DNA from: Tagaea sp.
Lineage (GTDB): Bacteria; Pseudomonadota; Alphaproteobacteria; CACIAM-22H2
Assembly (NCBI GenBank): GCA_965279525.1
Contig: CBDIIB010000002.1
Coordinates: forward strand, 96,001-160,000
Direction: 5' to 3'
DNA length: 64,000 nt
The notes under the pieces are model-generated. The model was given only the letters and a program-made list of their open reading frames with translations, was not told where the DNA came from and did not search any database. The translations under genes and the position numbers were made by a program. Shown here one piece after another: positions 47,490 through 57,357 of the stretch (positions are counted from its first letter, which is position 1; each line of letters starts with the position of its first letter).

Positions 47490-48404
47490 TCAGGCCACGC
47501 AGTCGCGGGCGAGCGGGCAGGCCGTCGGGTCGGTCTCGATCTGCACCGTCGCATGCCCGATCGCATGATGTGCGCGCAGTTCCGTTGCGAGTGCCGCGAG
47601 AAACGCGTCGCCCGGATGGCCGCCGGGCATCACGAGATGGGCGGACAGCGCCGTCTGCGTCGTGCTGGTGGCCCAGATATGGAGATCGTGCAGGGCCACG
47701 ACGCCGGGCCGGGCGGCGAGGAAGTCGCGCACGGCCTGCGGATCGACCCCGGCCGGCACGCCGCCGAGAGAGAGCGCAACGCTGTCGCGCAGCAACTGCC
47801 AGGTACCCCAGACGATCACGGCGACGATGGCAAGGCTGGCGGCCGGGTCGACCCACAGCCAGCCGGTCGCCATCGCGATCGCCCCGGCCACGACGACGCC
47901 TGCCGAAATCAGCGCATCGCCCGCCATGTGCAGATAGGCCCCGCGGATGTTGAGATCCTGCCGCCGGCCTGCGGCGAACATCCAGGCCGTGACCCCGTTG
48001 ATCAAGATGCCGACCGCTGCGACCGCCATGACGAGCCCGCCCGCGACCGGCTCCGGCCGTTCGAAGCGCAGCACCGCTTCCCATGCGATGGCACCGACCG
48101 CGACGAGGAGGAAGACGGCGTTGAACAGCGCCGAAAGGATCGAGGCACCACGCAGGCCGAAGGTGAATCGCGCGGACGGCGGCCGCCGTGCAAGCAATGT
48201 CGCCGACCATGCAACTGCCAATCCGAGGACGTCGGAAAGATTGTGGCCGGCATCCGCCAGCAAGGCCATGGAGTTGGCGAATATCCCGAAAGCCGCTTCG
48301 GCCACGACGAACGTGATATTCAGGGCGATCCCGATCGCGAACACCCTGCCGAAATCCTTCGGCGCGTGGACATGTCCGCCGTGGTCGTGGGTGTGTTCGG
48401 CCAT
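47490..48404 (-). CDS. Cation diffusion facilitator (Co/Zn/Cd efflux, CzcD/ZitB-like)
   Basis: His-rich N-terminus, ALLADAGHNLSD, LHMAGD, HDLHIW, HATVQIE. Confidence 0.92.
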   Translation of the reverse strand: MAEHTHDHGGHVHAPKDFGRVFAIGIALNITFVVAEAAFGIFANSMALLADAGHNLSDVLGLAVAWSATLLARRPPSARFTFGLRGASILSALFNAVFLLVAVGAIAWEAVLRFERPEPVAGGLVMAVAAVGILINGVTAWMFAAGRRQDLNIRGAYLHMAGDALISAGVVVAGAIAMATGWLWVDPAASLAIVAVIVWGTWQLLRDSVALSLGGVPAGVDPQAVRDFLAARPGVVALHDLHIWATSTTQTALSAHLVMPGGHPGDAFLAALATELRAHHAIGHATVQIETDPTACPLARDCVA

Positions 48405-48421
48405 GAGGCGCCTGCCCCTGC

Positions 48422-49012
48422 CTACTCGATCCGGAACGGCTTCTGGCGCACCGTCCGGCCGAGCTCGTCGAGAAGCACGCGTGCCATTGAACCGTAAGCG
48501 GCCTGCTCGTCGGTCGGTGATCCCAGCAGCGTCGCGGTTCCCTGCCAGAGCCGCGCACCTCGTGCATCGTCGAGGCTGAGCGTCAGCTGGAACTGCACCG
48601 ATCCCGATCCGCCGCCTTCAGACCGGCGCGGATTGACGAGGCTGTCCTCTTGCGAGGAATAGAGGTTGAGGCGCACGCGCGCATCGTCCCTGTCGGCCTG
48701 CAGCGTGCCGATGCCGGCCGGCGGCCCGGTCCGCCCGATCTGCTGGACGGCGGTCTCGAAATTCATCGAAAGTGTGCCGGCGCGATCGTCGATATGACGC
48801 CCCTTGCGTTCCAGGGCGCGCTCGATCTGCTGCTTGAGCCGGCGGTTGTCGCGCGTGTCGTCGAAAGGCCTGACACGGAGCGTCGCTTCGGCCGGCACGT
48901 CGCGGAACGCCTGGGCGTTCATCCGGCCAGGGGCCCGGACGTCAGGCGCTTCCTGCGCGACCGAAGGCATCGCCAGAAAAACCAGCATCAGGACAAGGAT
49001 CACGCGGGACAT
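48422..49012 (-). CDS. Exported hypothetical protein (possibly DUF4136-like)
   Basis: Signal peptide MSRVILVLMLVFLAMPSVA-Q; C-terminal LWQGTA motif. Confidence 0.6.
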   Translation of the reverse strand: MSRVILVLMLVFLAMPSVAQEAPDVRAPGRMNAQAFRDVPAEATLRVRPFDDTRDNRRLKQQIERALERKGRHIDDRAGTLSMNFETAVQQIGRTGPPAGIGTLQADRDDARVRLNLYSSQEDSLVNPRRSEGGGSGSVQFQLTLSLDDARGARLWQGTATLLGSPTDEQAAYGSMARVLLDELGRTVRQKPFRIE

Positions 49013-49059
49013 GGGTGGCGACTCGGCACGACGGCGGGACGGATCTGCGGGAAACCGCA

Positions 49060-49401
49060 TTATAGTTGCTGTGCTCGGGCCGGTCGCCGCCGAATTTCGG
49101 ATTTGCCCGGCGCGCAATAGATGGCATGCAGCGTCGCCATGATCGCGCTCGCCTCGCCTCCGGCGAGGCGGTAGTGGATGGTCTGGCCCTCGCGCCGGGT
49201 CAGCACGAGACGGTCTGCGCGCAGTCGGGCAAGGTGCTGGGACAGGGCCGATTGCGACAGGTCGAGGAGGGCTTCCAGCGCCCCCACCGAACGTTCGCCG
49301 CCGGCGAGATGGCACAGGATCGTCAGGCGCCGCTCGTTTGCCATCGCCTTCAAAAGGGCAGTGGCCTTGCGGGCGTTGGCTTGAAGTCGCTTTGGATCCA
49401 T
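49060..49401 (-). CDS. ArsR/SmtB-family regulator, BigR/SqrR-like
   Basis: LLKAMANERRL.ILC.L, SQSALSQHLARLR, TRREGQTIHY, terminal IYC. Confidence 0.85.
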   Translation of the reverse strand: MDPKRLQANARKATALLKAMANERRLTILCHLAGGERSVGALEALLDLSQSALSQHLARLRADRLVLTRREGQTIHYRLAGGEASAIMATLHAIYCAPGKSEIRRRPARAQQL

Positions 49402-49433
49402 CTGCCGAGGTTTAGTACGCCAGGTCGCCCGGC

Positions 49434-50558
49434 TCAAGTCTGCAGGCGCACGGGCGAAAACTCTGCCGGGCGAACGCCCATTGCGGCAATGTCGTCCGGC
49501 AGCCCCGTCTGCCTGATGAATCCGGCGACGATCCGGCCGACGGCGGGACTCGTCATGATGCCGTAGCCGCCCGGGGCGGCCGCCCAGTGGAAGCCGGCGA
49601 CCCTGTCGTCAGGACCGAGGACCGGACATTTGTCGGCGACGAAGCACCGCAGGCCCGCCCATTTGCGCCGGATCCGGGCGATCTCCAATGTCGTCGCAGC
49701 CTCGACGCGTTCGGCACATTCGGCGATGTCGATGTCCTCGGGCTGGGCGTCGCAGGGCTCCGACGGGGTCTCGTCGGCAGGGGACGCAAGCATCAGGCCG
49801 GCTTCCGGCTTGAAATAGAAGGTCTCGTCGATCTCGCAGGCCATCGGCCAGGCGGCAAGTGCTGCCGCAGGAACCGGAACTTCGAAGACGAACGCGGTTC
49901 GCCGCTTGGGCACGATTCCGATCTTCCGCGCACCGGCAAGTTCGGCCACCCGATCGGCCCAGGCGCCGGCTGCATTGACGACGTGCGCGGCCCGGAACGT
50001 GCCGGCCTTCGTGCGAAGCGTCCATTTGCCTGCGGCGCGGTCGAGACCCTGGAGTTCGGCATCGCAGACGAGTGCGCCGCCCGACGCCTTGAAGCCCTTG
50101 AGATAGCCGCGATGGATCGCGTGAACGTCCATGTCCATCGCCGCCCTGTCGTAGAGCGCCCGATCGAGCCATTCCGGGTCGAGCGGCGGGCAGAGTTCGA
50201 GTGCTGCCTGCCTGTCGATCTCGACGACCGTGCCGGGCAGGGCCTCTGCGAGGCCTTTGTCGACCGATGCGTCCTTGCCGGCGGCGGCGATGAACAGCGC
50301 GCCGCGCGGCGTCATCAGCGGGTGCTCGGAGAATCCGGGGGGCGGGGCCTCGAGAAACCCGCGGCTAGCGCAGGTTATCTGCCGAATGATGCGCGGGCCG
50401 TAAGCTTCCTCGAACAGGGCCGCGGACCGGCCGGTCGTGTGGTAGCCGGGCTGGGACTCGGTCTCGATCAGCAGCACGCGATGGGTCGGCGCCAGCGCGT
50501 AGGCGCACGAGGCGCCCACGATGCCGGCCCCGATGATCGCGACGTCGAAATCGGCCAC
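49434..50558 (-). CDS. FAD-dependent D-amino-acid oxidase-family oxidoreductase (DauA-like)
   Basis: IIGAGIVGAS, HTTGRSAA, NAAGAWAD, YFKPEAG, WAGLR, GGYGIMTSPA. Confidence 0.85.
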   Translation of the reverse strand: MADFDVAIIGAGIVGASCAYALAPTHRVLLIETESQPGYHTTGRSAALFEEAYGPRIIRQITCASRGFLEAPPPGFSEHPLMTPRGALFIAAAGKDASVDKGLAEALPGTVVEIDRQAALELCPPLDPEWLDRALYDRAAMDMDVHAIHRGYLKGFKASGGALVCDAELQGLDRAAGKWTLRTKAGTFRAAHVVNAAGAWADRVAELAGARKIGIVPKRRTAFVFEVPVPAAALAAWPMACEIDETFYFKPEAGLMLASPADETPSEPCDAQPEDIDIAECAERVEAATTLEIARIRRKWAGLRCFVADKCPVLGPDDRVAGFHWAAAPGGYGIMTSPAVGRIVAGFIRQTGLPDDIAAMGVRPAEFSPVRLQT

Positions 50559-50567
50559 CGGCAGCGC

Positions 50568-53500
50568 CTAGTCGGCCGCGTGCGGCTGCGGATGCGACGT
50601 ATCGTGCGCGCGTTCCTGCTGGGCGAGGTTCATCGCGATTGCGCCGATCGGCTTGGTGAAGCCGGCCAGCAGCAGATAGAGCGAAGGCACGATGAAGCTC
50701 GTCATCAGCGTGGAGAACGACACGCCCCCGATGATCACCCAGCCGATCGCCTCGCGGCTTTCCGCCCCGGCGCCGTGTGCGCTGGCGAGCGGAACCGCGC
50801 CGACAGCCGTCGCGATCGACGTCATCAGGATGGGGCGCAGGCGCTGGACCGACGCGTTCAGCACCGCATCGCGGATCGACTGGCCTTCTTCGCGAAGCTG
50901 ATTGGCGAACTCGACGATCAGGATGCCGTTCTTCGCCATCAATCCGATCAGCAGGATCATGCCGATCTGGCTGTAGACGTTGAGCGAGATGCCCGTGAAA
51001 TAGAGAGCACCCAGCCCTCCGGTCACCGCAAGCGGGACCGACAGCATGATGATCAGCGGATGGATCCAGCTCTCGAACTGGGCCGCGAGCACCAGGAACA
51101 CGATCAGCAGCGCCAGCCCGAACGTGAAATAGAGCGAGGCCGCGGATTCCTTGAACTCCTGGCTCTGGCCGCGATAGCTGATGCGCGCCTCGGGCGGGAG
51201 TTCTTCGGCCGCGTACTTCTCCATCAGCGTCAGCGCCTCGCCCAGCGTGAAGCCGGGAGCGAGCGATGCCGTCAGCGTGATCGAGCGCAGCCGGTCGACG
51301 CGGTTGAGTTCGGCCGGTCCGGCCGCCTCGGTCAGCGTGACGAGCGTGGAGAGCGGGATCAGCTGCTGCGTGGTCGCCGACCGCACGAAGATGCTGGCAA
51401 GATCCTGCGGCGTGGCCCGGTCTTGGACCCGGGCCTGGAGGATCACGTTGTATTCCTCGCCGCGATCGACGTAGGTCGAAACGTTGCGCGAGCCGAACAT
51501 CGTCTCGAGCGTGCGACCGATCGAGTCGATCGAAACGCCGATGTCGGCTGCTCGGGCGCGGTCGATGCGCACGCGCAATTCCGGCTTCGTCTCGCGATAG
51601 TTCGAGTCGACGTTGAGGAAGCGCGGGTCCTGTCCCAGCCGCGCCATCATCAGATCGCGCCAGCCGCGCAGCGTCTCGTACTCGGTGCCGCCGAGAACGA
51701 ACTGGATCGGCGGCTGGAAGCCGCGCTGGCCCAGCGACGGCGGGTTGAGCGCGAAGGCGCGCACGCCCGGCAGTCCGGCTATGCGCGGGAAAATCTCGCG
51801 CACGATGTCCTGTTGCTTGCGCTCGGGGCCGGGCGGCTTCGGCGCCCCGGATTCCGAGCCGGAATAGCGCTGGCCCCATGGCTTGAGTCGCAGGAACAGC
51901 AGGCCCGAATTCACCGGTGCCGGCCGCTGGAAGCCCGGAGCGATGTTGGCCATGATCACGGCCGAAGACCCGTCCTCGATATAGGGTCGGAGGATGCGTT
52001 CGACCTGCATGACCGCTTCGGCGGTGTAGCTGTACGAAGCGCCTTCAGGGGCAGTCAGCGGGATGACGACGACGCCACGATCTTCGGTCGGGGCGAACTC
52101 CTTGGGGATCGCCGTGAAGAATACATAGGCGAGGCACGATACCATCAGGCCGCCGGCGAGCACGATGACCGGTACGCGCAGGCTGCGGTCCAGCAGCCAG
52201 CGATAGCCTTCGTTGATCGCGACGAAAACCTTCTCCGTCATCAGGTAGAGTTTGCCTTCGCCTTCGTGCGTCTTGAGCAGCTTCGAGCACATCATCGGCG
52301 ACAGCGAGAGCGCCACGAGCGCCGAGAACGCGACGGCCGCCGCAAGCGCGATGCCGAACTCGGTGAAGAGCCGTCCGGTGTTGCCGTCCATGAACGAGAT
52401 CGGAACGAACACGGCCATCAGCGTCAGAGTCGATGCGAGCACGGCAAACGTGATCTGGCGGGCACCCCGGACGGCGGCAAGCAGGACCGGTTCGCCCTTT
52501 TCGATGCGCGCGTGGATGTTCTCGAGCACGACGATGGCGTCGTCGACGACGATGCCGATCGCCAGAACGAAGGCGAGCAGCGTCAGGACGTTGAGCGAGT
52601 AGCCGAGTGCCGCGATCACGGTGAAAGATCCGATGATCGACACCGGAATCGCGATCGTCGGGATGATCGTCGCGCGCCACGAGCGCAGGAACACGAAGAT
52701 GACGCCGATCACCAGGCCGATGCCGATCGCCAGCGCGTGATAGACCTCGTAGATCGACTGTTCGATGAAGACGGATTCGTCGTAGCCGATAAGCACGTCG
52801 ATGCCTTCGGGAAAGCTCTCCTGAAGGCGCTTCATCTCGTCCTTGGCGCCCTTCGCGACCGACAGCGTGTTGCCGGTCGACTGGCGCAGGATGCCGACGC
52901 CGACCGCCGTGCGCCCGTTGGCGCGCAGGCCCGAACGCTCGTCTTCCGAGCCGACTTCGACCTTCGCGACCTCGCCGAGCCGGATCTGGTAGCCCTGCCG
53001 CGTGGCGATGACCACGCTGTTGAACTGCTCGACGGTGCCCAGGCGAGAGTCGGTTTTCACCGTGAACTCGCGCTGGGTCGATTCGATGCGTCCCGAGGGA
53101 AGTTCGACGTTCTGGCGCTTGATCGCGATCTCGACATCGTCGACGGTCAGGCCACGCGCGGCCAATGCCCGCCGATCCAGCCAGACGCGCATGGCAAAAC
53201 GGCGCTCGCCCGAAATGTTGACCTGCGCCACGCCCGGCACGATCGAGAGGCGGTCGACGAGATTCCGGCGGGCGAAGTCCGTCAGCTCGAGCTGGCTGAA
53301 ACGATCGGAATTGAGCGTGAACCAGACGATCGCGCGCTGGTCGCCGTCGACTTTCGCGATGATGGGGTCGTCGACACCTTCGGGCAGGCGCGCGCGCACG
53401 CGCGCCACGCGGTCGCGCACGTCGGCGGAAGCGGCATCGATGTCCCGGTCGAGACGGAATTCGATCGAGACCTGCGAGCGTTCTTCGCGGCTGCTCGATG

Positions 53501-53741
53501 TGATGGCCTTGACGCCTTCGATTCCGGCGACGACGCCTTCGATGATCTCGGTGACGCGGGTCTCGACGACCTGGTTGGCCGCCCCCTTGTACACGGTCGT
53601 GACCGACACGATCGGCGGATCGATCGCCGGATACTCGCGCACGGGGAGCTTCTGGAAGGCGGCGATTCCGAGAACCACCAGCAGGAGGCTCAGCACGGTC
53701 GCGAAAACCGGGCGCTTGATCGAGATGTCGGACAGGACCAT
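50568..53741 (-). CDS. RND efflux transporter permease (AcrB/AcrD/AcrF family)
   Basis: SIKRPVFA, GIVVDDAIVVLENI, LAAQFES, KNGILIVEFAN, RLRPILMT; 1057 aa. Confidence 0.95.
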   Translation of the reverse strand: MVLSDISIKRPVFATVLSLLLVVLGIAAFQKLPVREYPAIDPPIVSVTTVYKGAANQVVETRVTEIIEGVVAGIEGVKAITSSSREERSQVSIEFRLDRDIDAASADVRDRVARVRARLPEGVDDPIIAKVDGDQRAIVWFTLNSDRFSQLELTDFARRNLVDRLSIVPGVAQVNISGERRFAMRVWLDRRALAARGLTVDDVEIAIKRQNVELPSGRIESTQREFTVKTDSRLGTVEQFNSVVIATRQGYQIRLGEVAKVEVGSEDERSGLRANGRTAVGVGILRQSTGNTLSVAKGAKDEMKRLQESFPEGIDVLIGYDESVFIEQSIYEVYHALAIGIGLVIGVIFVFLRSWRATIIPTIAIPVSIIGSFTVIAALGYSLNVLTLLAFVLAIGIVVDDAIVVLENIHARIEKGEPVLLAAVRGARQITFAVLASTLTLMAVFVPISFMDGNTGRLFTEFGIALAAAVAFSALVALSLSPMMCSKLLKTHEGEGKLYLMTEKVFVAINEGYRWLLDRSLRVPVIVLAGGLMVSCLAYVFFTAIPKEFAPTEDRGVVVIPLTAPEGASYSYTAEAVMQVERILRPYIEDGSSAVIMANIAPGFQRPAPVNSGLLFLRLKPWGQRYSGSESGAPKPPGPERKQQDIVREIFPRIAGLPGVRAFALNPPSLGQRGFQPPIQFVLGGTEYETLRGWRDLMMARLGQDPRFLNVDSNYRETKPELRVRIDRARAADIGVSIDSIGRTLETMFGSRNVSTYVDRGEEYNVILQARVQDRATPQDLASIFVRSATTQQLIPLSTLVTLTEAAGPAELNRVDRLRSITLTASLAPGFTLGEALTLMEKYAAEELPPEARISYRGQSQEFKESAASLYFTFGLALLIVFLVLAAQFESWIHPLIIMLSVPLAVTGGLGALYFTGISLNVYSQIGMILLIGLMAKNGILIVEFANQLREEGQSIRDAVLNASVQRLRPILMTSIATAVGAVPLASAHGAGAESREAIGWVIIGGVSFSTLMTSFIVPSLYLLLAGFTKPIGAIAMNLAQQERAHDTSHPQPHAAD

Positions 53742-53772
53742 GGGGCGTTCCTGGCTTGAGAAGGGGGAGCGG

Positions 53773-54903
53773 CTAGGAGTTGGGTGCTGCCTCGTAAGGA
53801 CGGGTCGTGACGGGAAGGTTGGGGCGCACGCGCTGGAGGCCGCGCACGATGATGGTATCCGTCACCGCGATCCCTTCGGAGACCTCGACCTGGCCCTGCA
53901 TGCGCACGCCGAGCTTGACCTCGCGGCGCTGCGCGCGACCGTCGACGACCACATACACGAACTGGCGGACGCCTTCCGCGACGAGCGCGTCCTCGGGCAC
54001 GATCACCGCGTCCTCGCGCGTCGCGACGGCAAGCGACACCGTCAGGAACATGCCGGGCTTGAGGCTGAAATCCGCGTTGTCGAACGTGCCGTTCAGGCGG
54101 GCGGCGCGCGTGGCCGGATCGACGCGCGTGTCGATCGCGGTGACCTCGCCGACAAACTCGCGGCCCGGAAAGGCGGGCGTGAGGGCGATCACCGACAGTC
54201 CCTGGCGCAGCCGGCCAAGATACTGCTCGGGCACCGAGAACTCGACCTTGATCGTGCGCACATCGTCGAGCGTCGTGATCTGCGTGCCAGCCTGCACGAG
54301 CGCACCCATGCTGACCTGCCGCAGACCGACACGACCCTCGAACGGTGCCGTTATGCGGAAGTCGTCGAAACGCGCGTCGGCGGCACGCAGGCGCGATTCG
54401 TTCTGCCGGATACGGCCTTCGGCGGCCCGCAGCTGGCTTTCGAGCTGGTCGACGCGCGCCTCCGGCGCATTGCCGGTCGCGCGCAGCGCACGCGTGCGGT
54501 CGAGTTGCTGGCGGATCTCGTCGGCGACGGCGCGGGCCTGCTGGATCTCGGCGCGGACGGCCTCGGTATCGGCGGCGCGCTCGCGGCTCTCGAATTCGAC
54601 CAGGACCGCACCGCCCTTGACGGTCTGACCCTCCTGGAAATTGATCCGGGCGATGTTGCCGGCCTGCTTGGCCGAGATGACGACGGATTCGTTCGCGCGC
54701 GCCGTGCCGACCGCCTCGACCCGTTCGACGACGCGTATCGTCTTCGGCTTGTCGATCTCGACGACAGGGGCGGCCGTGATACCGCGCGCCGGCCCGGCAG
54801 CCGCCGTTCCGGTCTGGCTCTGGTAATAATACCAACCGCCGCCGACGCCGCCGGCGAGAACCGCAACCAGGGCCAATTGTCCGACTACGCGCATCTGCGC
54901 CAC
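53773..54903 (-). CDS. RND periplasmic adaptor (membrane fusion protein)
   Basis: N-terminal anchor, lipoyl-like halves (F.EGQ.V..G; ITAPFEGRVG), LKPGMF, VPEDAL. Confidence 0.93.
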   Translation of the reverse strand: MAQMRVVGQLALVAVLAGGVGGGWYYYQSQTGTAAAGPARGITAAPVVEIDKPKTIRVVERVEAVGTARANESVVISAKQAGNIARINFQEGQTVKGGAVLVEFESRERAADTEAVRAEIQQARAVADEIRQQLDRTRALRATGNAPEARVDQLESQLRAAEGRIRQNESRLRAADARFDDFRITAPFEGRVGLRQVSMGALVQAGTQITTLDDVRTIKVEFSVPEQYLGRLRQGLSVIALTPAFPGREFVGEVTAIDTRVDPATRAARLNGTFDNADFSLKPGMFLTVSLAVATREDAVIVPEDALVAEGVRQFVYVVVDGRAQRREVKLGVRMQGQVEVSEGIAVTDTIIVRGLQRVRPNLPVTTRPYEAAPNS

Positions 54904-55166
54904 CGCTCCACGTTCGACATCTGCTTACCGGTAGCTTGGGCCAAGCAACTTCCAAGCCAGCGAATCACGTTGCAGGTTGCCGCAAAGGCAGCCCGATTGG
55001 CGTCCGAACTTAGGGCCCGACCGGTATCAAAGGAAGGTCTCCGTCGGTTACAGGCTGTAATTTATCACGATTCCGGCCCCGAAAGCCTGCCGGCAGGCCT
55101 TCCCAGCCGCCGGGGATCGTGGGAAAACTGGCCGCAAGCTCCGTTCATTCCACCTGACGGCCCGCG

Positions 55167-56342
55167 ATGTCCGACTCCGTCTACAGACGACGTTTCCCGG
55201 CCGGTCGGTTGCTCTTCAACGAAGGGCATGTCGCGGATGCGGCATACATAATCGAGACAGGTGCGGTCGAGATCTTCGTCGAGTTCGCCGGCGAGCGGAC
55301 CCGGCTTGCGGTCCTCGGGCCGGGGGAGATTTTCGGGGAGATGGCACTTGTCGACGACGCACCGCGTTCCGCAGCGGCTCTTGTCGTGGAGGACTGCGAG
55401 GTCATCGTCGTCGAGCGTGGCCAGATCAAGCGCGAACTGGAGAAGGCCTCGCCACTCATGCGCATCCTGCTGCGCACGTTGATCCACCGGTTGCGCGTGG
55501 CGACGTCGACCCTGCCGCAAGCGCAGATGCCGATCTCCACCGACGAGGCCGCGCGCGTGATCGCGCGCATCAAGAGCGAGCACGAGGTGCGTCGCGCGAT
55601 CGACGGCGGCGAACTCGTCCCCTTTCTCCAGCCGATCGTGCGCCTCGACGATGGCGTGACGGTCGGGTTCGAAGCCCTGGTGCGCTGGCACCATCCCCAG
55701 CACGGCCTGCTGGGGCCCGAGACCCTGCTGGGCTCGGCCGAACGCGCGGGTCTGCTCGAGGCGCTGGATCTCATGGTGATGCGCGAATCCGCGCGCATGC
55801 TCGCCGCCTTGAACCGGCGGCTGGCGCTGGCCGGCCGGCGGCCGGTGTTCCTGTCCGCGAATTTCGGTGCTGCACACTTCGCCGACGACCGTCTTGCCGA
55901 CGTGCTTGCCGAGATCCTGACCGAAGCGAGCCTGCCGCCCGAACGGCTGAAGGTCGAGATCACCGAAACGACGCTGATCGTCAACCGCGACGCGCACAAG
56001 GCGCTCGCCCGCATAAAGGCGCTGGGTGCCGCGATCAGTCTCGACGATTTCGGGACGGGCTATTCCGGCCTGTCTTATCTGTCGCAATTCCCGATCGACT
56101 ATCTCAAGATCGACAAGAGCTTCGTCAGCACCATGCTCGAGGACCGAAAGACCGCCGAGATCATCCGCTCCGTCGTCCAGCTCGCGAGCCAGCTCGAGAT
56201 CGATGCGATCGCCGAAGGCGTGGAGACGCCGGCCCAGGCCGAGTATCTGCGTTCGATCGGCTGCGTTTACGGTCAAGGGTATCTTTACGGTTCCGCGCAG
56301 CCTGCCGAAAACGCATGTGCCGCCCTTTTTGACCGTCCATGA
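55167..56342 (+). CDS. Cyclic-nucleotide-binding plus EAL-domain c-di-GMP phosphodiesterase
   Basis: cNMP cassette GEIFGEMALVDDAPRSA; QPIV, EALVRW, EITE, DDFGTGYSGL, KIDKSF, AEGVE, QGY intact. Confidence 0.9.
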   Translation: MSDSVYRRRFPAGRLLFNEGHVADAAYIIETGAVEIFVEFAGERTRLAVLGPGEIFGEMALVDDAPRSAAALVVEDCEVIVVERGQIKRELEKASPLMRILLRTLIHRLRVATSTLPQAQMPISTDEAARVIARIKSEHEVRRAIDGGELVPFLQPIVRLDDGVTVGFEALVRWHHPQHGLLGPETLLGSAERAGLLEALDLMVMRESARMLAALNRRLALAGRRPVFLSANFGAAHFADDRLADVLAEILTEASLPPERLKVEITETTLIVNRDAHKALARIKALGAAISLDDFGTGYSGLSYLSQFPIDYLKIDKSFVSTMLEDRKTAEIIRSVVQLASQLEIDAIAEGVETPAQAEYLRSIGCVYGQGYLYGSAQPAENACAALFDRP

Positions 56343-56355
56343 GCAGGCTCCCGGA

Positions 56356-57282
56356 ATGACGACCCAGCTTGTCACCCACCCCGCGTGCCTCGACCATGAT
56401 CCTGGCGCCTATCATCCTGAGAGCCCGCGCCGTCTCGAGGCCGTGCTGGCAGGACTTGCCGACGACCGGTTCAAGGGCCTGGAACGTGTGGTCGCTCCGC
56501 GCGCCAAGGACGACTCGCTGTGCCTCGTCCATCCGCGTGCCTATGTCGAAGCTGTCCTCGGCTCCATTCCCCCGATGGGCCGCCACCAGATCGATGGCGA
56601 CACGATCGTTTCGCCGGGCTCCGAGGATGCGGCACTTCGCGCCGCCGGTGCGGTCATTGCCGGCGTCGACGCGGTGTGCGAGGGCAGGGCGCGCAACGCC
56701 TTCGCCGCCGTGCGCCCGCCCGGCCACCACGCGGAAGCGGCACAGGCGATGGGCTTCTGCATCTTCAACAACGTCGCGGTCGGGGCCCTTCACGCGCGCG
56801 CGCATCACGGGCTGCGGCGCGTCGCCGTGATCGACTTCGACGTGCATCACGGCAACGGCACGCAGCACATGTTCGAGCGCGACCCGGACCTGTTCTATGC
56901 GTCTTCCCACGAATGGCCGCTCTACCCGGGCACCGGGGCCGCCGCCGAACGCGGGATCGGCAACATCGTCAACGCGCCGCTTGCCGGCGGCTCGGACGGG
57001 CACGCCTTCCGCGCGGCATTCGAGACCAAGATCCTGCCGGCGCTCGACGCGTTCGCGCCCGAACTGATCCTGATCTCGGCCGGGTTCGATGCCCATGAGC
57101 TTGATCCGCTCGCGAGCCTGCGCCTCGACGAGACGGATTTCGCGTGGGTCACGCGCGCCCTGATGGACGTGGCGCGCCGCCATTCGCGCGAGCGCATCGT
57201 CTCGGCGCTGGAGGGCGGCTACGACCTCGAAGCGCTGGCCGCGTCTGCCGCAGCCCACGTCGCGGCTCTGATGGAAAGCTAG
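56356..57282 (+). CDS. Histone deacetylase-family amidohydrolase
   Basis: HPESPRRL, RPPGHHAE, GFCIFNN, DFDVHHGNGTQ, SAGFDAH, LEGGY. Confidence 0.93.
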   Translation: MTTQLVTHPACLDHDPGAYHPESPRRLEAVLAGLADDRFKGLERVVAPRAKDDSLCLVHPRAYVEAVLGSIPPMGRHQIDGDTIVSPGSEDAALRAAGAVIAGVDAVCEGRARNAFAAVRPPGHHAEAAQAMGFCIFNNVAVGALHARAHHGLRRVAVIDFDVHHGNGTQHMFERDPDLFYASSHEWPLYPGTGAAAERGIGNIVNAPLAGGSDGHAFRAAFETKILPALDAFAPELILISAGFDAHELDPLASLRLDETDFAWVTRALMDVARRHSRERIVSALEGGYDLEALAASAAAHVAALMES

Positions 57283-57357
57283 GAATCGAGCCGGATCAAC
57301 GATTTATGCAGACCGCGGCGCGCTCTCTGCTAGACTGTCCGACGGAGAGTGGGGTCC

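Noticed and set aside
49587-53759. 1390-aa plus-strand ORF, and similar long shadow ORFs such as 12599..15487, 39200..41407 and 58754..60703
   Set aside because: These are antisense shadows of well-supported genes; long stop-free frames are expected at this GC content and they show no motifs.
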